Sequence record: PV112478.1
Reading direction: 5' to 3' (one strand)
Length of the DNA: 64,000 nucleotides
The position numbers were made by a program, and so were the translations under genes. The first letter of the stretch is position 1. Every line of letters begins with the position of its first letter. Under the pieces are notes generated by a model. It ran no database searches. It was not told the DNA's origin and worked only from the letters and a program-made list of their open reading frames with translations. This document shows, in pieces, positions 24,346 to 35,300 of the stretch.

Positions 24346-25878
24346 TTAAGCTACCGTAACATCATCCGCTTCGATGATACCGATCTTTTCCGCTGCACTG
24401 AAACTCAGGACGTCAAAGTTGGCCACTAACCATTTCGCCAGGTAACGTACCGCGGCGGTATAGGCTGCGGTAGTCCCGTCTTCCTGATTCTCTTGCATCT
24501 CCGTTTCCACGATGTCGATAATGTCCTCGGCATCGATAAAGGTGAAGATGTGCTGGCAGACTTTCTGTTTGACTAACTCGAACAGGTTCGGGTCGTTGTC
24601 AATGTTCCAGTTAACGTAAAACTTGCCGGACTTGAGATCTTCAATCACCCGTGCCATCGCTTCTTCTTTACTGAAGCCACCCGGGAGTTGGTCATCGTTC
24701 AGTTCACCCAGCGCTGCTGAAAGTTCCGGTACGAAACAGTTAGATAGGCGTTTAAGGAACGTGTCGCGCGAATAACGTTGACGTTGCACTTCGAGTGCCT
24801 GCCAGCGTTTAAGGTTCAGTTCATTATTGGACAGGAACTGGGTCAGTAAACGCTGACCGCCTTTCGGGTCTAGAACGCCGCCAATCACGCTCTCCGGGGT
24901 TAAACCCTGGCTGAGCCCCTGACGGTAGACCGGGCCGAATACAACGATCTCTGCGTCTTCTGAGGTCGTTGCAATCTGACTTTTACCGGTGAAGCGAATC
25001 ACCAGTTGTCCACGGCGACTGCAACCGCTGAGCCAACCCAGGCCGTTCTGAATCAGGTAGCCGTACTGGAGTTTCATCGCGTTGATCGTCGCGTTGAATT
25101 CCGGTAAGGTTAACCCGGTACCCGGCAGCGGGTCTTGACTAAAGCTGTCAATCAGGAAATAGGTAATAATACCCAGATCAGTCATTGACGCATCGGTAAA
25201 GGTACCAACACAACGCTGGCCTTCTTTCTGCTGTACTAAACCAGCAATGAACCGGGTCACCGGACAAACCGGTACAACCGTCTCGTTACGGAAGAGGACG
25301 TTGTAGATTGCAACAACGGTATCGGCGCCGTATTTCGCAATAGCATCCGCTAACCCGTCGTCCAGTTCGCTCACACCGGTCTTCATTCCGTCAATCAGAT
25401 CGACGTCAGTTTTTTCCGGGGCATTTTTGATTCGGGTAAACAGCGGCGCATTCGGTTTGTACTGACCGAACGTATCGATGACGTACGGGTTGTAGATGAT
25501 CGGCGACGGGTCGTATTGAGTGATGGTGAACTCTTTCGGTTCCACGCCTTTCATGCGATCGAGGATCTTTCCGGTAACGTCGCTGATCAACGGAACAACG
25601 GTGTTACGGACATACCCGATCTGACGCAGTAACGCTCCGCCGACTACCTCTGCTGCACCGGCCACCGCTCCTTCGTGCGGTTCCGCCATCCCAATGGTAC
25701 GCTGGGCATTGTTGAACAACACCGCGTCGTAGTTCTCCATGGACGGCTTATGGCTCTGGAAGAGCGGTAAAGATTCGGCCACCGGACTAAACATCACGCT
25801 ACCGGTGCGCGGGAAAAGAAACAGCCCTTCATTACTGACGACCGTTTTCGCCAAGGCGATAGATTTTTTATTTAACAT
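24346..25878 (-). CDS. Internal head/ejection protein (SPN3US gp243-like)
   Basis: Synteny; N-terminal S-x-E sites (SNE, SME) matching prohead protease specificity. Confidence 0.65.
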   Translation of the reverse strand: MLNKKSIALAKTVVSNEGLFLFPRTGSVMFSPVAESLPLFQSHKPSMENYDAVLFNNAQRTIGMAEPHEGAVAGAAEVVGGALLRQIGYVRNTVVPLISDVTGKILDRMKGVEPKEFTITQYDPSPIIYNPYVIDTFGQYKPNAPLFTRIKNAPEKTDVDLIDGMKTGVSELDDGLADAIAKYGADTVVAIYNVLFRNETVVPVCPVTRFIAGLVQQKEGQRCVGTFTDASMTDLGIITYFLIDSFSQDPLPGTGLTLPEFNATINAMKLQYGYLIQNGLGWLSGCSRRGQLVIRFTGKSQIATTSEDAEIVVFGPVYRQGLSQGLTPESVIGGVLDPKGGQRLLTQFLSNNELNLKRWQALEVQRQRYSRDTFLKRLSNCFVPELSAALGELNDDQLPGGFSKEEAMARVIEDLKSGKFYVNWNIDNDPNLFELVKQKVCQHIFTFIDAEDIIDIVETEMQENQEDGTTAAYTAAVRYLAKWLVANFDVLSFSAAEKIGIIEADDVTVA

Positions 25879-26069
25879 TACACGATCCCCTCTTGAACAC
25901 GACGCGCGGCGATGGCAGCACCAATGGCGGCAGCCAGGTCTTCTTCGATGTTAGCGCCATCGGGGATTCTGAGGTCTTCGCTACGGGCATCAAGCATAAT
26001 GCGACGCCCTACTTCGAGAATATTGGCGACGCTAGTCTGCGCAATTTCCTGTAAACCTTCGTTATTCAT
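25878..26069 (-). CDS. Small head protein (SPN3US gp242-like)
   Basis: 63 aa; TAATG coupling to the next gene; synteny. Confidence 0.65.
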   Translation of the reverse strand: MNNEGLQEIAQTSVANILEVGRRIMLDARSEDLRIPDGANIEEDLAAAIGAAIAARRVQEGIV

Positions 26070-26112
26070 CTTCTTAACCTTATTTTACAAAGCGCTTTGA
26101 AAAGTAGGGAAT

Positions 26113-26137
26113 CAGGGCGAGTACGTTTCTCGCCCTG
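26113..26137. terminator. Hairpin after vRNAP beta-N
   Basis: CAGGGCGAG-TACGTTT-CTCGCCCTG. Confidence 0.6.
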
Positions 26138-26144
26138 TGGTCAG

Positions 26145-29100
26145 TTACTGTTCATTATCGTAGGCTTTCAGCATCTCCTGCTGAATGTTTTCAATAAGAA
26201 CGTTACCCATCCCAAGGAGTAATGCGGAGTTTACGATACGTGCGTTGATCGCGCGATACGAGAACTGAAGGTCGATGTCCCACGGTTCTCCGCCAGGCAG
26301 TACAGGGTTACGTGTACGGCAAATACCGTTATACACACCACTTACCACCGACTTCTTCTGGTTACCCACCACCAGTTTATCGCCGTCCCCCATACCACGC
26401 TGATGCGTGATATAAATACGAATCGCCATCATATCAATCTCTAACGGCAAACCGTCGATCCGACTCGGCGTGAAGACCTGTCCGGTCGGACTCGTTTCTT
26501 GCTTGAGTACCTTGACGTTTTTCGCACGAATCGCGTCGTATTTATCCGCCACCTTACGAACCGAATCCGACATGTCCTCTTTCTCACCGAAATAGAACAC
26601 CTCAATCTTCTCAACCGTTCCTACGTGTTTTGCACGAGGGGCTGGGTTACCGAGTCGCGCTAAGGTTTCCATAGAACTGGCATCAAAGTAATCAAAGTTC
26701 GCTGAGATTTCGTCTTCGATAAACGCGAGGGTGTCGTCGATGTCAACGTGTTGTCCTTCGCTCACCAAATTACGGATTGCCTGATTAAAGTTCACCATCA
26801 GGACACGGGTATGCGTCACCAACGTCGCCATCTTCTTAGAGAGCCGTTCTGAAATCAGACTGGCGTCTTCGAAGGTGTTGTTGTTTTCCATCAACGCGAT
26901 GTTTGTGGTGATCCCGTTCTTGAACGCGACCTGACCTGGCTCACGCCAGTCTTTCGCAAAGAACCCCGGATGGTAAGCGATAATGGTATCCTTCTTCACG
27001 CTCGCACCGACTTCCAGATCACAACGCATCTCATGCGGGACGGTATGACCTGTCACGATACCGAACTTACGTCCAATCTCGATACGGTCTTCACCGAGCG
27101 CGGGATCATCGTATTTCACGACAACGTAATTCTTTCCTTTCTCTGTTACCACGCCCTGACCTTTTGCGCTGGCAGCGAAAAGATCATCATTACGGTGAGC
27201 CATCATTAACTCGTAACCCGTGCGGATATAACCGAGGTCATCTCCTACACTGCTTATTTTGTGGCTACTCTGAATACCGATAAAGTTAACGCGCTTCGGG
27301 TCGTCATAAGTCGCAAAGGGTGATACCAATGCGCTAGTAGAAAGGATATTACTAAACCCTTTCTCTTTACTCAGGTCTTTCTCAGTCCGTGCTGTACCAC
27401 GTAAACTGGTGAGGTTAGGGTTCGCTGACAGGAAGCAGTTAATCCCAACGTCGCCGTTATCCACCGAGGATTCAGAACGAATACCAATATCACTCGGATG
27501 GAACGCACGGGTACGTCTCGTCATGGAACGCTTACCGCGGCCGCCAGTACCGGAATAAGTCAGGTTCTCTTTCTCTTTCAGGTTTTGGATAGGGTTAGAA
27601 TCTTCTACCAGAGAAACAGAGGGATCTTTCTGTATCGCGGACAATACCTCGAACGGTGGGAAATCCAAAGACGCCCTTGAACTGAGGTTACTGGAAGATT
27701 GTCTCCGGACGGCTTCTGAGAAGGTACGGTAGACCGCTCCTGCCATACGCTCGTAACCTTTGAATAACGAGCCCTCTGAACTCAGGTCACTCGGGTATTC
27801 ATCGGTCGCCAAGTAAAAGGCGGCTTTCTTCAACAGCGGGATGAACGTGGTGGGTTCGTTCATCATCTCCAGGTTCTCTTCTGCGATCGGGTCGATAAAG
27901 ATTGCATTAAGGTTAGTGAACTCGTAGAGATAGCGTCCTGATAACTGCATGTCAGAAAGCAGTGCGTTGTAGTTGTCCCGATTGTCCAGTTCTGCAACAG
28001 AATAGTTTTTCAGGGCAGCTTTCCACAGAAGCAACGAAGCGTAGATCAAGACATCAGGGTGTGTCTTTCTTGGGATACGCCAGATCTCATCGGCAAAGAC
28101 GATCTCGAAGGTATTCGGGTCGGGTTGTACACGTGCCCCTTTCGTTCTCCGTTCCGGCTGAATCTCTAACCCTTCTACCATCTGACTGAATCCTTCCAGA
28201 TAAGCCAATACAATGGCTAACGGGAACTCTTGTCCTAAGATAGAGATTGTCACCAATTCATTCGGACGGTCATCTGGGTTAGCTCCAAGGAGTTTTGCGA
28301 TATGCCCGAGGTTGTCAGCACCGGCGCGCAGGTAACCCTCTTTATCCATCGTGACCGTAGTTTTCCCGCGTTTTCCTACTGGGATATCCGTTGTTCCATT
28401 CCAATCCGGGAAATTTTTCTTGATGTTCTCGTAGTCGAAAATAAACTGTATGCCCACTGCCTCAAACGAGATGACCTCTTTGGCGATAGCCGAATAGGTT
28501 CTGGGCACCGGTTGGGAATCTTTGAACGAGTTACCGTAAACAATTTCCGTCATGATCGGCGGGTTAGTTAACGCCGCGCGGTTCATGGCATCTTTAAGCC
28601 ACTCTCCGTAATCGTAACGACGTTTATCGCTGCGGTCGACAAACAGCTTGCCGTAATACGTGGACAGCGCTACGGTCGATGGAGAGATCTTACGGATGGG
28701 TTTATCAAAACGCAATTTGCGCATGAAGTATTTAATCCCACCGATTTTATATTTCCCATTTTTATCGATGACCGGTAACTGGAAACGAACCGTAGAAGGC
28801 GCGCCTTTAACCGGCGAGATTTTCACCGTGTAATCGTAAAGGTCATTTAACGCATCGACTTGGCGTTCCACTTTAAAGTCGGTAATGGCAAACCCGGCTT
28901 TCTGGAAATTAAGGATTAAATTGATCACGTCCTTTTGCATGACTTCTTTAACGTACTTTTGATCGAAGTCGATCAAGGTACTTTTTAACATGCTTTTATC
29001 TTTGACGTGGGTAATATCCTCGATGACCTTCGGTTCAAAATTCCAGACGACTTCTTTCGGGATCTGTCGGTAGTCTTCCAGCGAAACGCTTTCGTTGAAC

Positions 29101-30632
29101 GGGGAAGGAATAACCTTGTAACTTTCGGCCAAACGAAGATGACGCTTGTACTCGGCATTGCTAATCAGCCCTTTACTCAGGAGCGATTCTGCTTGGGTTC
29201 GAATCCCTGAAACCAAAGGCGATTCCTGAACCGCTTCTTGCGGTGGGTCGATAATGACCTCTGCGTCAATGTCAGGGGCAGCAACCAGACGAACAGCGCG
29301 AGGCGGTTCAGTGGTCTCAATCTCCTCAGTGACGCTCTTAAAGGCATCAACTAACTGCGTACGAAGACCGGGTTTCCCTTGGTTAATCTTTTCCCTGAGC
29401 GCTTTGACTGTGGTGGTTTTAACGACAGGTTCTTCTGGGTTGTTTTCTTGGGTTTCTGTTTCCGTTGTTTCCACCACAACCGTTTCTTCCGCGTCACCGG
29501 TGATCTCGAGGATTTCACTTTCCCCGGTATTCTCATCCGGGATAGTTTCTTCGATGGTGACCTGTTCCTGCACACCGGTCAGCAATTTCAGCGCAGTGAT
29601 GTGTTGTAGCATCAATCGGGAGATCTGTGCGTAAGCATCGCCTTTCGGGTTAGTTTCTGATTTGGTCCATTGGTGAAGCAGGCCCAGATTCAGAACCGTG
29701 AATTTCCCCATTCGCATAAAGACGAAATTAATCTTGCTGTAATGTTCGACCGGGATCATGTTCAACAGCGAGTTTTCCCGTTTCTCAGCAAGCCACTGCC
29801 AGAGGTCTTGAATAAAGAGCGCATCGTCATTCTGGAAATACCCGAGACGAATACGATTCATCTCTTCCAGTGAAACACCGGACGCCGCAATGAAACTGTC
29901 GTCGCTTTCAAAGCCCAGCGCTGACTCATCAAATGCCTCTCGCGCCACGTCAGCCGGTAACTCACTCGATAACCCTGGCATATGGAGATCGAAGACATCT
30001 GCGTACGAGAGGGCAACGGGACGTGCTCGGAGCTGATTCTGATACGCATTGAGGATAGGGATACCCGCATCCTCAACTGAAATGTTTAACTGCATCTTCG
30101 TTGGGAGTTCATCCGGGACATTGACCAGAATAAACTGATGGCGGTCAGAATGTTCAGCGTAGAACTTAGCCTGTCCGTATAACGTAGCGAGCAGGTTTTG
30201 GAAACGCCAGAATCGGGCCATCGGTAACGGCAGGTAACGCCACTGCATGGGGATGAGCGAGTAGTTGGCGACAATCGCAGCGTTACGGTCGTCTAATGCT
30301 CTGGCGATATCGGTAACCCGACGGAAACCACGGCGCTTTTGCAACCACGTCCGTTTTAGGTTAGCAACATTGAACGCTCCTTTCCGACGAGGACTGCCGT
30401 TAAAGAGTGTCATTTCCGTAATGTTATCGGCGTAGGGACGTAGTCTTTCTTTTTGGATTGCGAAGAACGTCTCGTCAGGACCTAAGTCAGTGGCATTACT
30501 GGGAAGATAATGGACGATGCTATTCTTAGGGAGAATAAAGTTCTCGACATTGAACGCTCTTGGGTTAGCCAGTCGCGTTTTATTACGTGTCCCGTAGGAC
30601 ATGTAAAATTGCTGGTATTGAATATTACTCAT
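26145..30632 (-). CDS. Virion RNA polymerase beta subunit, N-terminal part (phiKZ gp178-like)
   Basis: YDDPKRVNFIGIQSSH (about DDANRALMGSNMQRQ), FEDASLISERL (about FEDSILVSE), GDKLVVGNQKKSVVS (about GDKMAGRHGNKGVIS). Confidence 0.92.
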   Translation of the reverse strand: MSNIQYQQFYMSYGTRNKTRLANPRAFNVENFILPKNSIVHYLPSNATDLGPDETFFAIQKERLRPYADNITEMTLFNGSPRRKGAFNVANLKRTWLQKRRGFRRVTDIARALDDRNAAIVANYSLIPMQWRYLPLPMARFWRFQNLLATLYGQAKFYAEHSDRHQFILVNVPDELPTKMQLNISVEDAGIPILNAYQNQLRARPVALSYADVFDLHMPGLSSELPADVAREAFDESALGFESDDSFIAASGVSLEEMNRIRLGYFQNDDALFIQDLWQWLAEKRENSLLNMIPVEHYSKINFVFMRMGKFTVLNLGLLHQWTKSETNPKGDAYAQISRLMLQHITALKLLTGVQEQVTIEETIPDENTGESEILEITGDAEETVVVETTETETQENNPEEPVVKTTTVKALREKINQGKPGLRTQLVDAFKSVTEEIETTEPPRAVRLVAAPDIDAEVIIDPPQEAVQESPLVSGIRTQAESLLSKGLISNAEYKRHLRLAESYKVIPSPFNESVSLEDYRQIPKEVVWNFEPKVIEDITHVKDKSMLKSTLIDFDQKYVKEVMQKDVINLILNFQKAGFAITDFKVERQVDALNDLYDYTVKISPVKGAPSTVRFQLPVIDKNGKYKIGGIKYFMRKLRFDKPIRKISPSTVALSTYYGKLFVDRSDKRRYDYGEWLKDAMNRAALTNPPIMTEIVYGNSFKDSQPVPRTYSAIAKEVISFEAVGIQFIFDYENIKKNFPDWNGTTDIPVGKRGKTTVTMDKEGYLRAGADNLGHIAKLLGANPDDRPNELVTISILGQEFPLAIVLAYLEGFSQMVEGLEIQPERRTKGARVQPDPNTFEIVFADEIWRIPRKTHPDVLIYASLLLWKAALKNYSVAELDNRDNYNALLSDMQLSGRYLYEFTNLNAIFIDPIAEENLEMMNEPTTFIPLLKKAAFYLATDEYPSDLSSEGSLFKGYERMAGAVYRTFSEAVRRQSSSNLSSRASLDFPPFEVLSAIQKDPSVSLVEDSNPIQNLKEKENLTYSGTGGRGKRSMTRRTRAFHPSDIGIRSESSVDNGDVGINCFLSANPNLTSLRGTARTEKDLSKEKGFSNILSTSALVSPFATYDDPKRVNFIGIQSSHKISSVGDDLGYIRTGYELMMAHRNDDLFAASAKGQGVVTEKGKNYVVVKYDDPALGEDRIEIGRKFGIVTGHTVPHEMRCDLEVGASVKKDTIIAYHPGFFAKDWREPGQVAFKNGITTNIALMENNNTFEDASLISERLSKKMATLVTHTRVLMVNFNQAIRNLVSEGQHVDIDDTLAFIEDEISANFDYFDASSMETLARLGNPAPRAKHVGTVEKIEVFYFGEKEDMSDSVRKVADKYDAIRAKNVKVLKQETSPTGQVFTPSRIDGLPLEIDMMAIRIYITHQRGMGDGDKLVVGNQKKSVVSGVYNGICRTRNPVLPGGEPWDIDLQFSYRAINARIVNSALLLGMGNVLIENIQQEMLKAYDNEQ

Positions 30633-30647
30633 TGCAGAGAAACTCCT

Positions 30648-32279
30648 TTAAGCTTCACCAGTAATGTTACGTAAGACTAATTGTACGTTATCAACATCCG
30701 CGCTCTTAGAGAGAGTACCGCGGGAAGAGAGGAACCATTCTTTACGACCTTTTAGCATTTCGTATTCAGCAATAGAATCCGAGGCATAGATCGCTGTAAA
30801 GGTACAACGGTCGCCATCGAAGTCGGCACCCAATGGAGAGAGATAACTGACGCCTATCCCCATAGAGTTAACGTACTCTACCGATTTGCTTTGATCAGGG
30901 AATTCGAAACAAATGAAATCGTCACCCAGTCTCCGCCAGTCGTGGCCGAGTTCAGCTTTTACGCTAGAAACAATAGTCGGTTTGCAGTAAATGTTTGCTA
31001 TGAAAGTCGACCCTTGTCCTGTAACAGGGTAACGAGTCACTACGCCTGCTAACTTACCCCATTCACGATACCCGGACAGGTAATAAAGCGAGGTCATGTT
31101 AATCGGGCTAACAAACCGCTTATCAAAACCCGCTGGGAGTTCGTTGATATCAGCGAAGAACCGAAACCCTTCTTCACCCCAATAGAGCAGTCCTAAGTAA
31201 TAACCGTCTATTAGAATTGGTTTATTTCTGAAAGCCGGGGTTTTATAGCGGGTGATCTGGGCATCTAAACCGTCACGGGTTGTCCAACGTTCAACGGCCT
31301 CCGGGGAGGGCTGTACGTATTCAGCACGGAGAGTTTTGGGGTTCGTCAAACGGATTTCATCTTCGCTGTTACCCGAGAAAACTTCACCTAGCCAACCTGA
31401 GCGTAAGAAATAGCGTGTCTTAGGCAGGACCGCTTTGATGGTCTGGTAGAGCCCTAACTGAACGTGGTTGATCCCTGGCGTATTCGTTTCACCGATCCGA
31501 GTCCCTGTGATCTTCATTGGCGAAATAACGTTTGCTGTACCGTTAATGATTTTACGTGACGCCCATTTCGCAGCCGCAAAACCTTTCTTTCCTTTAATCA
31601 TGTTAAAGATACTTTCGAATATCTCGTTGAACTGTCGTTGTAATTGTAAACGACTGTTATTGATTAAAGGGTCTTCAGAGGGCTCACGACCCATTTCCAG
31701 ACTGTTGGAGATCGAGATGATAGAACGATAGAATTTGTTGATTTCGTCTTCACTCGTACGCCCTGAGGTTTCTACCATCAGATCACGCAGACCTGCCGGC
31801 ATGACCAGGACTTTATCAGTCAGCGCTTTGTCTTTATTTTTGTTGATGAGCTTCACGCGGAGATTACGGAGTTCGGAATCGCCTTCTTCTAATTTCAAAT
31901 CGGGGAAATGACGTACAAAAAAGGAGAAGCCGGTTTCGCCCTCCATTTCGTTGCTGGGTTCGAAATCGAAGGTTTCTGTGTTAAAGACGGCATAACGTCG
32001 CCCTTCCAGAATATCCAAATAAAGACGTTTTAATGAACCGAGTCGTTTATAAACGAGCGGGTGAAAAACACGAGTATGGAGTTCGATATAACTGAAACGC
32101 CCATCGCGTTCAGGTGAACCTAAGGGACCGAATGTTTCTACTGAGAATAAACCGTCCTTATGGAAATTACGGGTACCGGTTTCAAAGATCTCGGTCGTAC
32201 TGGTCGGCCGCATACTCCGTATCAGTTGAGGGGTTAAATCCATGAGGAAGATATTGAATGGGATATCGTTAGTACGCAT
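30648..32279 (-). CDS. Virion RNA polymerase beta' subunit, catalytic part (phiKZ gp180-like)
   Basis: GLFSVETFG, FSYIELHTRVFHP, VLVMPAGLRD, KGKKG and the catalytic GADFDGD. Confidence 0.93.
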   Translation of the reverse strand: MRTNDIPFNIFLMDLTPQLIRSMRPTSTTEIFETGTRNFHKDGLFSVETFGPLGSPERDGRFSYIELHTRVFHPLVYKRLGSLKRLYLDILEGRRYAVFNTETFDFEPSNEMEGETGFSFFVRHFPDLKLEEGDSELRNLRVKLINKNKDKALTDKVLVMPAGLRDLMVETSGRTSEDEINKFYRSIISISNSLEMGREPSEDPLINNSRLQLQRQFNEIFESIFNMIKGKKGFAAAKWASRKIINGTANVISPMKITGTRIGETNTPGINHVQLGLYQTIKAVLPKTRYFLRSGWLGEVFSGNSEDEIRLTNPKTLRAEYVQPSPEAVERWTTRDGLDAQITRYKTPAFRNKPILIDGYYLGLLYWGEEGFRFFADINELPAGFDKRFVSPINMTSLYYLSGYREWGKLAGVVTRYPVTGQGSTFIANIYCKPTIVSSVKAELGHDWRRLGDDFICFEFPDQSKSVEYVNSMGIGVSYLSPLGADFDGDRCTFTAIYASDSIAEYEMLKGRKEWFLSSRGTLSKSADVDNVQLVLRNITGEA

Positions 32280-32323
32280 TGTCTAATCCTGTTAACAGAC
32301 GATTAACCTTTTAAGGGAACAAA

Positions 32324-35300
32324 ATGGCCAAAAGAGAAAAAATAGATCTGGATCGTTTTGACGATTTTGATCTCGAAGATAATTGGGGCATGGACAAAGA
32401 ACCTCAAGGTGCGAAAGACGGAAGCGGTAAACGCGAGGCTGTAAAAAAGGCAGGAAAGACCGTTCTCCGTGAGATGGGGAAAACGACCTTTACCAGTCAG
32501 ATGGCGAAAACCATCCTGAAAGAGGCCATGCCGCGTTCTTTCACTACAACCTTAGATAACGTTGATAAAGGTTTAATCGACGTTCGATCGCTTTACGCTG
32601 ACGTCCGTAAAGATGCCGCCCCGATGCTGCGAGAAATGAAAGCGTTGGGTCGTACCGTCAACCGTCTTGTTCCTACACCGTATCAGAAAAAGATCGATGC
32701 GTTTCTGACGAGAAACAACGGGACAGATAAATCAGGTTCTCAACTGGCAGCGCTCAATATTGAAGACGCCGCGGTACTCCAGTCGTTAGCTCAAGTCTTC
32801 AATCAAGACGACGACAAACCGAAGCAGATGAGCCCTGAGGAACTGACTGAGAAACTGACAGATCAGCAGTATAAAATAAAACTGGGTACGGCCATTGCGA
32901 GTATCCAGAATCTCCTGGCGAAGCAGACCGCTTATCAGTTTGGTGCACAGCGTGCATTTCAAAAGAAAAGTATGGAGCTTCAAATTCGACAGCTGATGGT
33001 TTCGCGTGCCCATTTAGACGTGGCACAGAAGTCTGCGGTTGAAACCTCCAACCTGCTCAGAAGCGTTGTCGAAAACACCGCGTTACCTGACGTAGTAAAA
33101 CAGCACCGTTCGGAAGAATTCCTTCGGATGGGCCGTGAGAAAATCTTTGGTCGCATACAACAGTCAATGTACGACTGGACGAGTAATTATCGTAACCAGT
33201 TCAAAGACCGTGCGAAACAAGCCATTAACGACAGAATGCAAAAACTCACTATGGGTTTTTCAATGGCCAACGATTCTCTCGAACAGCTCGAGGCGCAACG
33301 GGAATTACTGGCGTCAATGGGTGTCACCCCGGAGGAGTTTTTAGCAGGGGCAGCAGGGAACTGGGGTGCGTTACAAATCGGTAAACGTATCGGAAAACGC
33401 ATTAATAAAAGTGCGCCTTCGCTACGTCGATTGGACGGTACATTCCAGGGCGTCAACTACCTCTTTAACAACAAAGAACGTTTAGCGTCAGATTGGGGAA
33501 ATTCCGGTTACCGTTACGGGAAATGGTATAATCCCATCGAGAACTTTGTTAAAGACACCTTACGTGGCGGTTACCGTGACGAAGGCGTAGTTCGCGCCGG
33601 AGGATTGGGGAACGGAGAAAAAATCTCGACTGTAGACGAGCGTAAACTCAGCTATATGGAAGAGATGTCCGGGTACCTGTCCCGAATCTTACATAGTATC
33701 GACGTCCTCAGGACGGGCGATAATAACACGCAGCGCATGGTTTTCAACCGTCAGAAGGGCATTTTTACTTCCTTTAATGAATCGGTGGCGTCAACGCGTC
33801 AGGCGTTGATTAAAGACACCGATATCAATTCACAGCGTGAGAATATTAATCGCCTTATCGAGAACATCGATAACAACAACCGGTTATCTCCCGACGCTAA
33901 AGGTAAAATTTCTGATCACCTGATGGCAAGGGCAAGAACCTCGAAAGCCTTTAACCCGGCAGCCCTAGCTAATGAGAAAATCTCAGGGTTATCCCGTGAC
34001 GACCAACGCCTTTGGCAAGGACTGATGGCGAAACGTTATGGACTGAAACTGAACGAGAAAAGTGAATGGTCGCTTAACCCGTTCTCTTCTTCAAACGTTA
34101 ACCTTAATATCGATGCCGGTCAGTATAACTACGCCTCTAACCAAACGCAGGGTATCTTTAATCGTGCCCATGCGTTAGCGCAAACCGGTAACCTTGAAGA
34201 ACTGATCTCAGAAGGCGCAGTGGTCTTTAAGAACGGTAATTGGGAAGTTAACCCAGACTATTACGGTTCACGCGTATCTGGTAAACCTTCACCGGGTAAC
34301 AACGACTCGACTAACCCTAACGACATGGGTCCACATCGTCCTCGTAACCCACCGCCGGGTACCCCGCCTATCACTGAACTCCGTCGCTTCGGACAAGATT
34401 GGACCAACCCGAATTCGGTTAACTTTAATCTTAACGGGAACCAACAAAATTCTTTCGGGACGGCGTTAGCGGAACAAACCGATAGAATCCTTGAGTCCAT
34501 GAAACACTCTCAGTTGTTCTGGGATGAGCAAATGGCCAGAATAGAGGCACAGCTTACCGCGCTGGAAGGGTGTTGTCTCAACGGAGGAGGTGGCGGTGGT
34601 CAAGGCGGTGATACTGGCGATCAAGGCGGGCGTCGTCGTTTCTCACGGAACTGGGCTAAACGCGGGCTCCGTGCGGGTATCGGCGGTATTCGTCGTGGTG
34701 TGAAAGGGATGTGGGATCTTGGCGGTTTACCGCTTAAAGCAGCAGGAGAGATCTTTAAGCGAGTACGTCGCCCGGCTTTCAATGCAGCGATGACGATCGG
34801 TACCTTTGGCCTGAATAAAGTCTTAGGTTTCGGGATGCAGGCGTTTGAGAAAGTTCAAGACGGCTATATCGCGACGGCGCAGGGTTTAAAGAAAGTCATT
34901 GAAAAAGAAGGACTGGCAGCGGGTCGTTACGTTGACCAAGCCACCGGGAAGGTTATCAAGAAACTTTCTGACGTACGGGGCGCAGTCTGGGACGTGGTAA
35001 ATAACACTCAGGTCCTGACCGACGACGAAGCGAGACGGGGTTTGTTTAACGCCGCAGGAAACCGCATTAAGACATCCTTTAACAAAGTACTCGGTGCGGT
35101 GGGGAGTCTATTAAACGGAAGGTTTACCCCTTATCATTTACTCAAAGGTGCTGCAGGCGGATTAGGGAAAGGTCTCTTTTCCTTATTCGGTCGCTTACCA
35201 GATATTTACGTGCTCGGGGAAATGAAACCGCGTCTCTACGCCAGTAAGTTGGCGAATGGGGAATATTTCTCGATGCGTACTGGGAAAGTCATCAAGAAAC

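Noticed and set aside
26145-32279. Introns or inteins in the RNAP genes (common in jumbo phages)
   Set aside because: The frames are continuous, with no intein C...HN/C or embedded homing-endonuclease motifs.
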